Source of the DNA: Chiloscyllium plagiosum
Taxonomy: Eukaryota
NCBI RefSeq assembly: GCF_004010195.1
Contig: NC_057757.1
Location: 1,926,985-1,986,984 of the forward strand
DNA length: 60,000 nucleotides
Direction: 5' to 3'
Positions within the stretch are counted from its first letter, which is position 1. Each line of letters opens with the position of its first letter. Made by a program: the position numbers and the translations under genes. Under the pieces are notes generated by a model. It was given only the letters and a program-made list of their open reading frames with translations. It was not told the DNA's origin and did no database searches. Positions 12,815-26,660 of this stretch are shown piece by piece.

Positions 12815-14300
12815 TCAGTCATAAAGTCATGCAGCACGGAAAAATACTTTTCAATTTAACCAGTCCATGCCATCCATAACCCAAACTAAACTAGTCCCAC
12901 CTGACTGCTCCTGGCCCATATCCCCACCAAGCCTTTCTTATTCAGTTATCCAAATGTCTTTTGAACAGCGAAATTGTACCCACGTCCACCACTTCCTCAA
13001 AAGTTCATTCCACGCAAACCACCCTGAGCAAACTTTGCCCCTCGTCTTTTTTAAATTTCTCTATTTTAACTTTTAAGAAATGTGCCCCTCATCTTGAAAT
13101 CCCCCATCCTAGGGGGAAGACAACTACCATTAACCCTTTCTATACCCCTCGATTTTCTAAATCTCTAAGGTTGCCTCTCAACCTCCTATGCTTCAGTGAA
13201 AAACGTCCCAGCCTTTCTTTTTAACTCAAACCTTCCATACCTGGCAACATTCTGGTAAATCTCTTCTGAATCCACTCCAGTTTAATATCCTTCCTATAAA
13301 CTGGGTGACCAGAACTGGACACAGTATTCAAGGAGAGGCCTCACCAACGTCTTGTACAGTCTCAACATGTCCCAACTCCTATACTCAAAGGTCTGTGCAA
13401 TGAAGGCAAGCATGCTAAATGCCTTCTTAATCACACTGTCTAGAAGTGACAGAAACTTCAAAGAATTATGTACCAGAACCCCTTGGTCTTGCTGTTTTAC
13501 ACCATTACCCAAGGCCCTAACATTAGTTGGAGAAGCCATACGCTTGTTTATTGAACCAAAATGCAATATCTTGCATTTATCCAGATTTAACTCTGCCATT
13601 TTTCAACCCATTGACCCATTTCATAAAGATCCTTTTGTAATCTTAAACCTTCTTCACTATGCCACCAATTTCAGTGTCTGCAAACTTACTATGTTCTCAT
13701 GCAAATCATTTATGTAAATAACAAAAGAGGACTCAGAACCGATCCTCGTGGAACACAGGTGGTGACGGGCCTCCAGTTCGAAAAGCAACCATCCACCACC
13801 GTTTCTGGACATCAAGCCAATTATGTATCCAAAGTGGCATGTGCATCCTGAATCCCATGGGACCTAACTTTACTAATTAATCTACCATGCAGAAACTTAT
13901 CAAAGACTTTCGGAAAGTCCAAGTTGACAATGTCTACTGCTCTGCCCTCAATCCTTTTGGCAGCTTCTTCAAAAACCTCAATCAAGTTTGAGACACACAA
14001 TTTTCCTTGCAAAAACTATGCCATCTATCCCTAATCAATTTTTGCTTCTCTAGATGTCCATAAATCCTAACTTGTAAAATTACCTCCAACAATTTACCAC
14101 AACCAAAGTCAGACTCACAGGTCTGTAGTTCCCCAGTTCCTCCTTACAACCTTTTTTAAGCAAAGGTACAACATTAGCCACCCTCCAAGTCTTCAGGCAC
14201 CTCATCCGTGGTTATAGATAATACAAATATTCCTGCAAGGCGTCTCACAATTTTCTCCCTCAGTTCTCACAACATTCTGGGATTCATTAGATCAGGTCAA
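12815..14300 (-). mobile_element. CR1 LINE RT-to-tail fragment
   Basis: AVDIVNLDFPKVFDKFLHGRL, LNLDKCKILHFG and LYKTLVRPLLEYCVQFWSP. Confidence 0.9.
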
Positions 14301-15264
14301 CCAAAGTAACAAGTTCTTCTGAAATACAACGAAATGAGCAAATATATTCAACCTAATTACAATCCAAATGATAGTTATACATTTTCTGGTGTTCCTCTTT
14401 TCACTGGTTTCATAGTTTCCTCTCATCAGTTTAAAAACTAACAGGAGACATTTTGCGTAGAATTCTACTTCTGCAAGCTAAATAAAACATTTCAGAAATA
14501 TTTAGGCATGTGCTTTGGTATCTTAAGTGCACAAGGCTATGAACCAAGTGCTGAAAAATAGGATTTGAACAGATCGTGGTTGTCTTTGACCAACATATAC
14601 TCAATGGACCAAAGGGACTTTTCTGTGCTGTAGACTCAATGTTGCTCGAAGACTTACTTGTGCAATTGAAGTTATGGCTGTCTAAAACCAACAGTTTAAG
14701 CTAAACTCAGGAAAAGGCTGTAGTCAGACAGAGAGGGAATTACAACATGACAAGGAAAAGCTATAGCAGCTAAGGAAAGAAACAATGCTGCTTAAACAGA
14801 ATAATCATAACAGTGACACTAAGGAGCAATGTTCTGATATCTAGATTGCCAAGAGTTATTCCTCCAAGCAACCTTTCCTATCAACAATAGTATGACTTAC
14901 TTTTAACAGATAATGAACTTTCGCCAAGGAATCAAATTTGCTCATCCAAATGTACATCAGCCCCCTACAGGTTGCAGACTTAATAAATCTGCTTACAACC
15001 TAAAGAATAAAAATTCAACTGTAAGAAAATAATGCAAGCTTCACAATCACAGTATATTCAAAGCAACACCATCTAAAATTTAAGATACTAAAAGACATGA
15101 TACTTAAACTTGGACCAATGAAAATCAAAAATCTTGCAATTATGTAGAGTTCTCACCTGTAGAATTTACAAAGAAAAAACTGCAGAGTGTTGCCTGGTTA
15201 ATAAACTTAATCAAATTGATGAGGTGGTCACCTTTTCATTTGATCATGGACAGAGAATTTTCCT

Positions 15265-15367
15265 CAAACAAAAGCAGAAATTGCTGGAGAAACTCAGCTG
15301 GTCTGATAGCATCTGTGGAGAGAAAGAAGAATTAACATTGAGTCCAGTGACCCTTCTTCAGAACAGA
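15265..15367. mobile_element. Older Penelope-terminus remnant
   Basis: gaaattgctggagaaactcagc..ggtctg..agcatctgtggagag..cccttcttcagaac; related to 23495-23645. Confidence 0.6.
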
Positions 15368-15869
15368 ACTTTGTTTTTCTAATAAAAAGGATTATTCATA
15401 TGTTTAGTAATTTATAAACAAGCCAGCCAATAAATTTGTAGCTAAAATATTGGCATTCTTAAGTCAATGACTCAATAAAACTAGTTTGGATGAGGGACAA
15501 CTACACTTTAAAATACACATTGGTCAGATAGATTTCTGAGTTTAATTTAATGCTGAAAACCGAAATAAAGTTTAATTTTGGTACAAAGTGCACTCCAGAG
15601 ATAAAATTTTATTTCTTCACAATGAGACCTCAAAGTTTCAATTTTCCAGTTGGTTTCTCAAGTACATTAAAGATTTAAGTGTCTGAAGTTCTTTAGTGCT
15701 ATCCACAGTTGAGATACTTTCATCACAATGATTTTTTTGAACAGTAGACTGGACTGAAACTCTTTGGAAATTCCATTGTTTTAGGTTTTAATAATTTTTA
15801 ATTAAACTGCAATTAAAAATATTCCCTTCAAAACACTTTTTACTATTTGGTTCTGTTACTAGCAGAACC

Positions 15870-16070
15870 ACTGAACTGTTCTAGGCAGAAGGGCATTCAG
15901 CCCGTCATGCTTGCACCAGTTCTTTTCCCCCCCTCCCCATATCCTTGCATACTATTTCTATCCAAATATTCATCCAATGCCTTCGCAAATGCCTCAATTG
16001 AACCTGCCTCACCACATTTCCAAACAGTGCATTCCTTACGCCATGCTCAGTGTGAAAGAGTTTTTTTAAG
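15870..16070 (-). mobile_element. Old CR1 3' tail
   Basis: cattcagcccgtcatg..tattcatccaatgcc pattern. Confidence 0.55.
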
Positions 16071-16689
16071 GCCTTTCTTGTCTTATTTGCACATCGCATT
16101 AAAGCAGGAAAAGGAAGCGATTATTTCAAGCCTGTTATATGGCTTTAAATTTGACTTAACAAATTCAGTGGTCAGTAACTCCCACAATAACGTGGATTAT
16201 AACAATTCAAGAAGGCAGTTCATCATCTTTTCAAGGGTAACTAGGGATGGACAATAAAAGCTGGCCAGCCAGAGACACTTACATCCCACAAGAGAATAAA
16301 AAATGAGTTGCATACCTTGTATTGAAATAAAATGAATGTAAAATGAGACTTACTGATTATAGGTCACAACCATGTTGCAATTTGATGTCTTGTGATTTTC
16401 AGTCAATAATAGAAACGGTATCTTCCCACATGCACTTCATACCTACTCATTCTCTTCGAAAATTATTGCCTACTGTAAAATTCACTCTGCCTTTGTCACT
16501 CATCCACTTATCTCCTCTCTCCCAAATGCTGTCATATCTAACACTCCATCTATCGCTGATGCACTTATTCTGATCTTCCCTCTGTACATTGTTCTTCCTT
16601 CCTCACAGCTCCACATCTCAAACAGGGATGAAACAGCTGTCATAGCAGGGGAGCTGACTAACTTGGCTTGTACTTACCAGACTTCAAAA

Positions 16690-17055
16690 AATGGAGGGGG
16701 TGGGGTGATGTGACATATATAGAATTGATAAAGGTGGATGTTGAACAGATCATTCTCTTTGTGGGACACACAGTCTTGAACAAGAGGTTATAGATACAAA
16801 TGAGATGAGGAGAAACTATTCTCAGGAAGGTTGTTTATCTGTGGAACTCACTACTTGGAGGCAGAATCAATCAATCAACAGATTCAAGAAAGAAAACTGT
16901 TCTCTTTCTGGTGAAAAGCAGGATAAAGAGCAATGAGGTGCACACAGGAAAATGGAATTGAGACCAGGATAAGATCAGCCATGATCACGTTAAATGGCAG
17001 AGTGGGCTGGAAGGGCTGAATTCCTTACTCCCACACCCAATTCCTATGTTCCTAT
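16690..17055 (+). mobile_element. Old CR1 3' end
   Basis: gatgaggagaaac..ctgtggaactcactac..gatcagccatgatc..aatggcagag. Confidence 0.7.
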
Positions 17056-17094
17056 ACACTCTTATTATATCCAACCCCAACAAATGAGTCTCAT

Positions 17095-17712
17095 GCGGCA
17101 TGGTGGTTCAGTGGTTAGCACTGTTGCCTCTCAGCACCAGGGATCTGGAATCAATTCCTCCATCGGATGTTTGCACATTCTCCCCATGTCTGAATGGGTT
17201 TCATCCTGATCTCCAGTTTCCTCCCGCAGTCCAAAGCTGTGCAGGTTAGGTGGATTGGCCATGCTAAATTGCCCATACGGTACCCAGGGATGTGCAGGTT
17301 AGGTGAATTAGCAATGGGAAATGCAGGGTTACAGGGACAGGACAGGAGGTTTTGCAAGTCACGGTGGCACAGTGGTTAGCACTGCTGCCTCACAGCACCA
17401 GACACCCGGGTTCAATTCCCGCCTCAGGCAACTGTCTGTGGAGTTTGCACATTCTCCCTGTGTCTGCATGGGTTTCCTCCGGGTGCTCCGGTTTCCTCCC
17501 ACAGTCCGAAAATTTGCAGGTTGGGTGAATTGCCCACAGTGTTAGGTGAAGGGGTGAATGTAGGGGAATGGGTCTGGGTGGGTTGCTCTTCGGAGGGTAG
17601 TGTGGGCTTGTTGGGTCAAAGGGCCTGTTTCCACACTAAGTAATCTAAATCTAAAGTCAGTGTGAACGTGATGGGCCAAATGACCTGCTTACACACTGTA
17701 GGGATTCTATGA
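17095..17712 (+). mobile_element. HE1-type V-SINE with a second HE1-type SINE nested at 17361-17653
   Basis: Two tRNA-like heads (gtggttagcac..tcaattcc), V-domain tttgcacattctcccc..gggtttc and LINE-derived tails; aagtca flanks the inner copy. Confidence 0.9.
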
Positions 17713-17769
17713 TACAGTGAAATATCCTTATTAATTTACAGACTTAAATGTCAAATGATTACTGTTTTA

Positions 17770-18030
17770 GTGCATGACTGAAGGAGTGCTACATTATAAG
17801 AGATTGGTTTAACATTTCCAAAATAAATAATGTTCACTTCCATAGGTCGAAATCAAAGGGCAATGCCAATCAGATTAAAGAGAGTTTGCTTGTTACTGTA
17901 ATCAATTAAATACTGCTGATGCAGATCTATTCTTTCATTTGTTGATTGCAAAATGTTATTGTGTACAAATTGACTACTGCATGCAGCTCCATAAGTGACA
18001 GTATTTCAAAGACAAGAATTGGGATCCAAG
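17770..18030 (+). mobile_element. Highly degraded Deu-domain SINE remnant
   Basis: actgaaggagtgctacatt and tgtgtacaaattgactactgcat..gtgacagtatttcaaag. Confidence 0.45.
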
Positions 18031-18484
18031 TATTTTTTTTGATTGATAAGACAAATCCATTAGTTGCAAAAAAGCTTTAGAAAGCCCTTGGGACAAAGAA
18101 AGCATTACATACATTTTACATTTGATTAACCCTTTTATTTTTGTCCTTCAAGGTCTCCCTGCATCTTTTCATACACTTCATTCTCTCTTTACTGCGTTGG
18201 CATAAGGTATAAGCAACCAAGAAATAATTTAGTAGAATTGAGAAAACGTATGCACCACTTGATTAGCAAAACCCAATGCCCACTGCTGTACCCCTGCTGT
18301 AACATTCCATGTATTCAAAATGCAGCAGAGACAACTCCATGCAAATCCATCCTCTCACACAACTCCATTCCTCCCAGTATCAGACTTTTAAAACAACCAG
18401 CATAATTTAAAATAATTTTAAATAGTAATGCCTAAATTAAGACCTTTCAAGTTATCCACAAATACACAATACATAATGAAAAGC

Positions 18485-19105
18485 TAGCATAAGTGTTCAG
18501 CAAATGTAATTAGACTATTGGCTTTTATTTAAATCAGAATGGAGTATAAAGTAGGAGTCTTGCTAAATTAATCAAGGCACTAGACAGTCCAGACCTAGAA
18601 TACTGTGAACAGTTTTGGTCCCCTCATTTAATGAAAGATGCAGTGGCTTTGGAGACAGTCCAGGGAAGATTCACTAGGTTGATCCAGGTATGGAAGGATT
18701 TTATTTAAGGGAGGTTGAGCAAATTGGACTTTTACTTGTTGGAACTTAGAATATTGAGAGGAAACTTTATTGAACCATTTAAGATTCATAGAGACTTGAA
18801 AAAGGTAGATGCAGCAAGGTTGCTTCCTCTGATGGGAGAGTCTACGGCAATGAACATCACTGAATAGGGGGTCACACATTTAAGACAAATGAGGAAATTC
18901 TTCTATCAGAGGATATTGAACCTATGGAAGTATTTACCATGAAGGGCTGCAAGATAGATTTCTAATCAAAGGAAATCAAGGGTTATGAGAATATGGCAGG
19001 AAAGTGGAGTCAAAGATTACCAGACCAGTTATGATTTTATTGAATGGCAGAACAAACTCATTGGGCTGAATGGCTTGATTCTGCTCCTACATTTTGTGGT
19101 CTTAC
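18485..19105 (+). mobile_element. Older CR1 3' fragment
   Basis: LEYCEQFWSP..ALETVQGRFTRLI and tail gggctgaatggc..ttctgctcctac. Confidence 0.8.
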
Positions 19106-20071
19106 ATACAATCTCAAGATAGTAAGAACAAAAAAAAGGTCTCTCTGATATCAATTTTGGACATCCAACTGGCCCAACAATAAAAGATGTTGACTAACCT
19201 GGGTATTTTCAAAATTTCTGTTTAGAACTGGTTTACTAGCGCTTGCAGTATTATCTCTTAAAATCATTTTGAAAGGTATTGCCAATACCCCCAAAAGCCA
19301 TTTTGCAGGAGCAAAGCTCCAAAAAGCCTTTTGCCTACTGTGGTGAATTGGACATACAAAATCAGTCCAAACACATCAGCAAACGGCCAGCATTCGATTT
19401 TGCACTAGGTGCTAAATTAACAGGTGTGACCAAGTACAAATAAAATGGCTCCATTGTCTCAATTGTCTTGAGTATACTGGGGAAAAAAAATTAAAGTTTT
19501 TATTATAAATTGGCAGGCTTTTTGGTTTGGTCCCTATCACTGACACAGAATATTAAATCTGCAAGCATCACTATTAGATGAAATCACAACTAGGTTTTGC
19601 TGTCATCTTAATCTGGGAGAACTCACTGTTTAGCTTCACACAAAATGATTGGCCGCTGGCTTAACTAGTGGAATAAGCAGAACCAAACGTCATTGTCTTA
19701 GGCTTATTTGTAACCAGAGAATGTGCATTTCAAAGATATTTCAAGACAATTCTGCCTTAATAATGTCAAAGTAAATGGTGCTTTTTATCGGCCAAATACC
19801 ACAAGTTCCTGAGAGAAAATCTAACATTGACAGCAACACAGCTGATGTAAACTTGCAAGCTTTGATATCCCTGGTAGCCACGGGACACTTTTTTTAAAGC
19901 TGGGATTTTCCTAACCACTATTGTTAGCAATTTTTGGAAATTTACTTTGGTGTCACCAACTTAATCATATTACAGACAAACCTACATCAAAACAGCATTA
20001 ATTTCAAGTGGTAATTTAAGCAATTAATAAATTACACACACTATCCAATCAAGACAGCAGAATCATAAAGC

Positions 20072-20292
20072 AGCACTGTGGCTGAGTGCTTAGCATTACT
20101 GCTTCACAGTGCCAGGGACCCACGTTCGATTCCATCCTCTGGCGACTATGTGGAGTTTGCACAATTCTCCCAGTGTCTGCATGGATTTCCTCCGGGTGCT
20201 CCAGTTTCCTCCTATAGTCCAAAGATGTGCAGGTTAAGTGTAATTGGAAATTGCCCATAGTATCCAGGGATGGGCAGGCTACGTGGATGAAT
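20072..20292 (+). mobile_element. HE1-type V-SINE, 3'-truncated
   Basis: tRNA head plus V-domain tttcctccgggtgctccagtttcc. Confidence 0.85.
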
Positions 20293-23200
20293 CAAGCCAA
20301 TCATCCTTTCACCTTCCCTCGTTATTGCATTTCATTCTGACCATCATCCCTATCCCACTGGAAATCATCCAAGTTATGGCCCACTGGAAGTGGAGGTACT
20401 AGCTCATACCACCAGGTCAGATCCACCAAACATACAACGTTCTCAACAAATAAGGTGTAATGCAAGCTTTGACATAAGTAACAAGGACAAATGCAATTTA
20501 TAGAGAAAGCTAAAGATTGACAGTATCCATGTGGTGCAATCTGTGTTTCAGTTCTATGTGGCAGATATAATTTAATGTAACAATCACTTGGCACAAATGA
20601 AGACGGAACATGTGAAACTCAGGATGAACTCTAATGATTTGAGATTGATGGACAAATCATGCAAATTTAACTCAAACAATCAGGGGTTCAATCTAGTTTA
20701 TTTCATAGTCTGAAACCAAAGTTGAGATTGATGTCCCATACTGCCCTATAGCTCAGTACACACAGTACATAAGGTAATGTCAAAATAGGTTCAAGTCTCT
20801 AGGAGCGAGAGAGGAAAGGGTTATTGTCAGGATTAGCTTTTAAGACATACAATGAGTTATGAATGGATACCTTCAAGAGAACTTAATGGAAGACTACAGT
20901 TACTAATTAAAAATGAATAGAATCTAGTGTCACTTATAAATTATCAAATGCTGAAAATATTGGAGGGAAGAGAGACACACCAGCCTTTGTATGTTCTCCC
21001 ATATGGAGTTAAAAGTCAGTGGCAAATTCCAGTTGTGAAACTATCAGAACACCTCTTGACAGATTCTCTCCAAGAATTGAAATTAGCTACCAAATCTATA
21101 TTTGTGATCAAGAATCAGCTAGACGCAATGCTGAAAACAGAATTCCATATTCAGGAAACAGATATGGACTGCTGCATAATGGTAGAGATCAATGGTATCT
21201 ATATGGTTTATTTACATATTGAACAACCATTGAGTTACACAGCCAAAGAACTTGAAAGTAGATCAATGTCATCTATGCTTGTTGATAGTCCCAAGAGAGA
21301 AAAGTTGGGTTCTTAAGAATGTTTCAAGTGTTAATATGGAATTCTTCAACTCAAACTATTTTTAATTATCACATCGAAGAAATACCTAAACAACTTTATG
21401 AAATACACATTTTTGTTTGTCTGGGTTGATTGAGGAGGTGATCCTTTAAATGAAGTCATAAATTAGCTCAAGGATGCTCTATTTACTGTCAATATTTATC
21501 TTTTTAAAACCACAAGTAGGTTGAGGAAAATTAATTCTACCTCTCCGGATGGTGTTAAGATTTGGATAATTTCCAAACAAACAACTGAGCTGATTAGAAC
21601 CCAAGTTTTTAGTTTTTAAAACTATCCTAAAATTAGGATAAGGCAGACACTTTCTGTCACTCTCTCCTTGAGTTAATGCATTTTCTGAAGTACAAATATA
21701 TAAGATTTACAGCGGGAATGTAAATATATCATTTCAAAATGAATGTTGCTTCAAAATAGTTTGGAAAACAGTTGAAAATTAAATTGCTAAATAATGAAGA
21801 AAACGTTCAAGCAATTCAGATGGCATACTAGAAACAAAGAGTCTTGGAAAACACAATACCACAATGTACTTCCATGGTCTGCACAGTTGCTATTCAGTCA
21901 AAGAATCATCATAATGGGTAATAAAATGGGCAAAACTAGAGAAAGATTTATGGCTTTCAAAATTAATTAGGAAGATGTTAAAAAACACTGAAAAGATATA
22001 TTCACAAAGAATAAGTGTAATTATTGCAAAATACAAAAATTTGGTTCAAAACTTTATTTGAAAAACAATATTTTAATTCTTATGGAAAATATGGTAAACT
22101 TTTCCAGAAAACATTGAGCAATTTGAAAAAGTATAAGCAGCACAATGTGGATGATGGAGTCAAAAACACTTAATTCATTGCTTTAGATTAAAATGGGAAA
22201 TCCAAGTGCCTCCGCCTAGAGGGAATATGGAAACGAAGTAGCTGTCAATATTTCAAAAAGGAGAAAGAAATGGAGACAGTGAACTGTTTTTAGTGACGGC
22301 AGGACCTCAGTGTCAATTAAAAGGCTTATTTATTTGTACGCTACACAGAAATAAAATGTCGCTTGTAATCAGTTAAATAGCTGATACTGATATCCAAAAA
22401 TGTGGTTGAGATGTTCAGTTCAGGCTTTCCCAATTCTTGAAATCACAGTTGTCATATGCAGATAACAAATAAAAGTGGATTTCCACTTTATGTGGAGTTC
22501 AGTATTACTCAGGCTCGTGTTTTAACCACAAACTGCCACATGCTGCTTATGAGGGAATATAGGGTATGTTCCTTTGGCTTCTATCTTACTCCAAGACGGC
22601 AGAAAGGGCTATATTGTCAAGTCACTGTGGCCACCATCCAAAATCACCAACAAGTAAAATGCAATACAGTTCAGTCAAAGTCCAAGGATCCTACCAACAG
22701 TCTTCAGATATAGAGCAATGGAAAAACTGAAAACCACAAGGAAAGTCCTGATAAAGGTATATTTCCCTCAAATTTTTCCAAATTATTTTGTGCCAGGCAG
22801 GAAATTAAAATTTTAGTCACTTCAATACCTTAGCCAAGAATGGGAGAATGGCCAGGTTGGCATTTGCAACCCCCATTATTTATTTTTAAACATCTTAAAT
22901 ACACAGACTTTTCAGACACAAAACTGACATTTTCTTAGTGCACATTAACTTCTTATCACATCTCTACTGGGTCTAGTTATCTTTCAAAAAATTTACCAAA
23001 ATCAAAATAAACCTCTACACATTTTGATCAACAATCACAGCACATTAACCTTTTCTTTCAAGGTTTGATATACTGCTTCATACAAAACTCCTCACATAAA
23101 TCTTCAGGTTCACTTAAATTTACTGCTGGACATGTTCTCCAGCTGGACTGCCTGCATATTGAACTGCACTAGGTACCACTGGCTCACAACTCCTATTCAT

Positions 23201-23494
23201 GCTGTCCTACAATAGGTTACTAAATTTCAATGCACTCAAACTCACATTATCACCCTAAAATCTATTTACAACCTAATCTTATTCTTCAGTCATGATTCTG
23301 GCCATCTGAGCAATATAATCCCTCTTCCCCCACAAACCTAGAGGACTTTCAGACAACTCAGTCCTGTTCTCTGGAAATGGTTTGATCACCTCTATCTTGC
23401 ACCGAACATTTGGTGCCCATTTGAATTTCCTCACTCATCTGTTTGTATACTTATACATTAAAAGGAATTAGATAAATGCAAGCATTTCTTACTA

Positions 23495-23645
23495 GTGTAA
23501 GCTCAGCAGATCTGGCAGCACCTGTGGAGAGAAAACTCAAATTCTGAGGAAGGGTCACTCGAGCTGAAATGTAAGATCTGCTGAGCTTTACCAGCAATTT
23601 TTATTTTTGTCTCCGATTTACAGCATCCGCAGTTCTTTTGGTTCT
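23495..23645. mobile_element. Older Penelope-derived palindromic remnant
   Basis: aagctcagcagatct / agatctgctgagctt arms around ctgaggaagggtcactcgagctgaaatgt. Confidence 0.65.
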
Positions 23646-24009
23646 TATTAGGGTATGTTTCAGCCAATCTCAATTACAAAAATGTACATGGCTGCAGGCT
23701 CACCTGCCAAATCAATTTGGATAGCTGCAGTAACTAAACTTAACGAATCTAGATCGTCATAACTACTAAAAGTACTAACATACAGATCCTGCTCAGCTTT
23801 AGTAGTACAGTCCAATTTAAAACAACTACCCAAGATGTAAATGATAAAATCACAAAACCACTCATCTTTTAAACTGGTACATGTTGGTGCTGCCAAAAAT
23901 AATCTTAAGCATTAAATTACACATTTCAATATATTTATTTATAATTGACTTATTAATTTGAAGGTCAGATATGCTCAAGATCAACTCAAAAAAGTTGCAG
24001 ATACATAAG

Positions 24010-24400
24010 ACAACTTGCATTCAATAGTTTTGGAAAACTCTCTGAAGAGTTTCACAGAAGAATGATCATATAGAATTAAATATTAGGCCAAAGATATTAC
24101 ATAGCACATTCAGAGGCTATAAAAGCATGAATTTTAAGAATCTTTAAAAAAGTAGAGTTCCAGTAGGGAGAACTTTAAGGAGGGTACTCTAGAACTTATA
24201 GTTACTATAGTTTGTAAGGTGAAGACATTCAGCAAGAAGCCACCATAGCTGCAAGAAGGGATGAGTTGGAGGGATGGGAGAGGTTATACAGGTAAGACAG
24301 GTGAGGTCATGATAAGGCTGAGGTAAAGATGAGAACTTTAAATGAGGAATAGGTAGATTGGGAGCTAATGCAGTTTATTAAAAATGACTGGTATTTGAAA
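24010..24400 (-). mobile_element. Degraded L2 3' end
   Basis: caacttgcatt..tttcacagaag and gaggttatacagg..gatgagaactttaaat. Confidence 0.5.
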
Positions 24401-24566
24401 GAGAAGATGGAAGATAGAACATTGGTAGTAGAGTTGGAAATTAATACAAGTTTGATGGTAATAAGTCAACAAGAAGATCGCTGAAATGGTCGAATCTGAA
24501 ACATTTATTTTAACAATCTTGTCAATTAACAGTCACCATACTACACAACGAGTTGATTATTCCAAC

Positions 24567-26145
24567 TGCATAGTCGATAAAGTGTGGAGCTGGAAAAAGC
24601 ACAGCAGGTCAAGCAGCAGAGGAGTCAACATTTCAGGTCAGGACCTTTCATCAGGGCTCGGGAAGGGGACTGAGAAATAGAGGGAGGGGGTTGGGGCAAG
24701 GGGAAATGGAGGTGGGAAGGCAGCTGGACCTGGGATGAGATAGGGTCATGGGGAGATTTGAAAGTTGGTGAAGTGTGTGTTAAGGCTACATGGTTTAAGT
24801 TCCCAAAGCAGAAGATGGGGTGTTCTTTCTCCAATTCATGTGTGGCCTTACTTTGATAGAGGAGAAAACCCAGGATGGGCATGGCGTGAGGCGGTGGGGG
24901 GTGAAATGGCTAGCAATTGGAAGGTGGGGTTGATTGGAGGGTAGAGACCACAGACGTTCCCTGAACTGGTCCCACAGTTTCTGCTCGGTCTCTCCAATGT
25001 AGAGCAACCCACATCGGGAGTAATGGATGCAATAAATCAGGTTAGAGGAAATGCAGGTGAATTTATGCCAGACTTGGAATGATTCTTTGGGGCCTTGGAC
25101 AGGAGTAAAACGGGAGATGAGAAGGCTGGTGTTTCAACTCCTGTAGTCACAGGGAAAGGTGCCAGATGTGGAAGAGGGGTTGGTAGGAAGTGTGGACCTA
25201 ATGAGCGAGTCATGGAGGGAATGGGCCCTGCGGAAAGCAGATAAGTTTTGGGAAGGAAATACCATTTTGGTGGTGGGGTCAGACTACAGGTGGATGATGT
25301 GCTGGATTTGGAGATTAGTGGGGTGGAACAGGTACTCTATCCTGGTTGGGGAGGGGGGGGGAAAAGAGACAAGTTGTGTTTGAGGCCATTGTTGATCATG
25401 GGGGAAGATGAAATTACACTCCTTGAAGTAGGAGAACATCTGGAATGTCCTGAAGTGGAATTGCTAATCCGGAGAGCAGATATGAGAGGGGAATTAGGAA
25501 TATGGGATTGCATTTTTTGGGGCAGGGTGCGAGAGGTGTAGTGGAGGTAGCTGTGGGAATCTGTGAATTTGAAATGCATGCCATTGCTGAGTCAGTTGCC
25601 AGAGATGGAGACAGAGGCCCGGGTAGGGGAGGGAGGTGTCAGAGGGAGCCCAGGTGAATTTGAGGTTAGGGTGGAAGGTGTTGAGCTCCTTGTGGGAGCA
25701 CGAGATAGCACCAATACAGTCAGCAATATAGCAGAAGAAAAAGGTGGGGGATAATGCCAGAGTAGGGGCAGAAGACAGACATTCCCACATATCCTACAAA
25801 GAGGCAAGTATTGCTCGGACCCATGCAAGTACCCATAGCCCCTCCTCTGGTTTGTAGGAAGTGGGAAGATTGAAGAGAAAAGTTATTAAGGGTGAGAGCC
25901 AGTTCTGCTGAGCAAATGATAGTGTCAGTCATGAGGGACTGGTTGTGTCTGCGGGAGAGGAAGAAACAGAGGGTTGCAAGCCATTTCAACTTCCCCCTCC
26001 CCCAACAACATGTCCATCCTGGGCCTCCACCACCGTCAAAATAAGCCTACATGCAAACTGGAGGTTCCTGCTTGACTGCTGTGCTTTTTCCAGCTCCACA
26101 CTTTATCAACTCTGACTTTCCAGCATCTGCAGTCCTCTATCACCA
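24567..26145 (-). mobile_element. Penelope-like retroelement relic (RT + GIY-YIG) with family-A inverted termini
   Basis: LTLNNFS..FLQTRGGAMGTCMGP, YIADCIG, FHPNLKFTW, TDSHSYLHYTS and LYIGETEQKL. Inverted partial copy at 25981-26110; tattccaac duplicated at 24558 and 26146. Confidence 0.9.
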
Positions 26146-26234
26146 TATTCCAACATCATAAGCTGTACAGTTAAAGTGTAAAGTCTATGGGTAAAGATTA
26201 AGTAAATGCACAGAGGGCCTGCCTTATGATCAAA

Positions 26235-26660
26235 GGTTACACAGGCTGGGACTCTATTCACTGGAGTTTAGAAGAATGAGAGGTGACCTCATTGAAACAG
26301 AGAATTCTTAAAGGGTTCAACAGGGTAAACACAGAGGATGTTTCTCCTCATGGAAGAATCTAGGACCAGATGGCACTGCCTCAGAATAAAAAGGGCCCAA
26401 ATTTAAGACTGAGGTAGGGAGAAATATATTCCCTCAGGAGGCTTAAGTGTCTTTGGAACTCCTTGCTACAGACAGCTAAGGAGGCAGAGTCCTTGTGTAT
26501 ATTTAAGGCCAAAATAGACAGATTCTGGATCTGTAGGGGAAATCAAGGATTATGGCAAAAGGCAGGAAAGTGGACATGAATCAGTCATCATCCTACTGAA
26601 TAGGATAACAGGCTAGAGGGGCTGAACAGTTTACTTTTGTTCTTATTTCTAATGGTCATG
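26235..26660 (+). mobile_element. Older CR1 3' fragment
   Basis: RLGLYSLEFRRMRGDLIET plus tail. Confidence 0.8.

Noticed and set aside
15090..15180. Strong-looking minus-strand acceptor (ttctttgtaaattctacag) as exon 2 of the CpG-island gene
   Set aside because: No convincing donor or coding frame follows; cannot be supported without RNA data.
1..16100. Run of CR1 copies mostly in sense orientation to the host intron
   Set aside because: Small sample, and later copies are opposite; not distinguishable from chance.
20927..21316. 129-aa ORF
   Set aside because: Non-ATG start and no splice context; part resembles a very old CR1 C-terminus.
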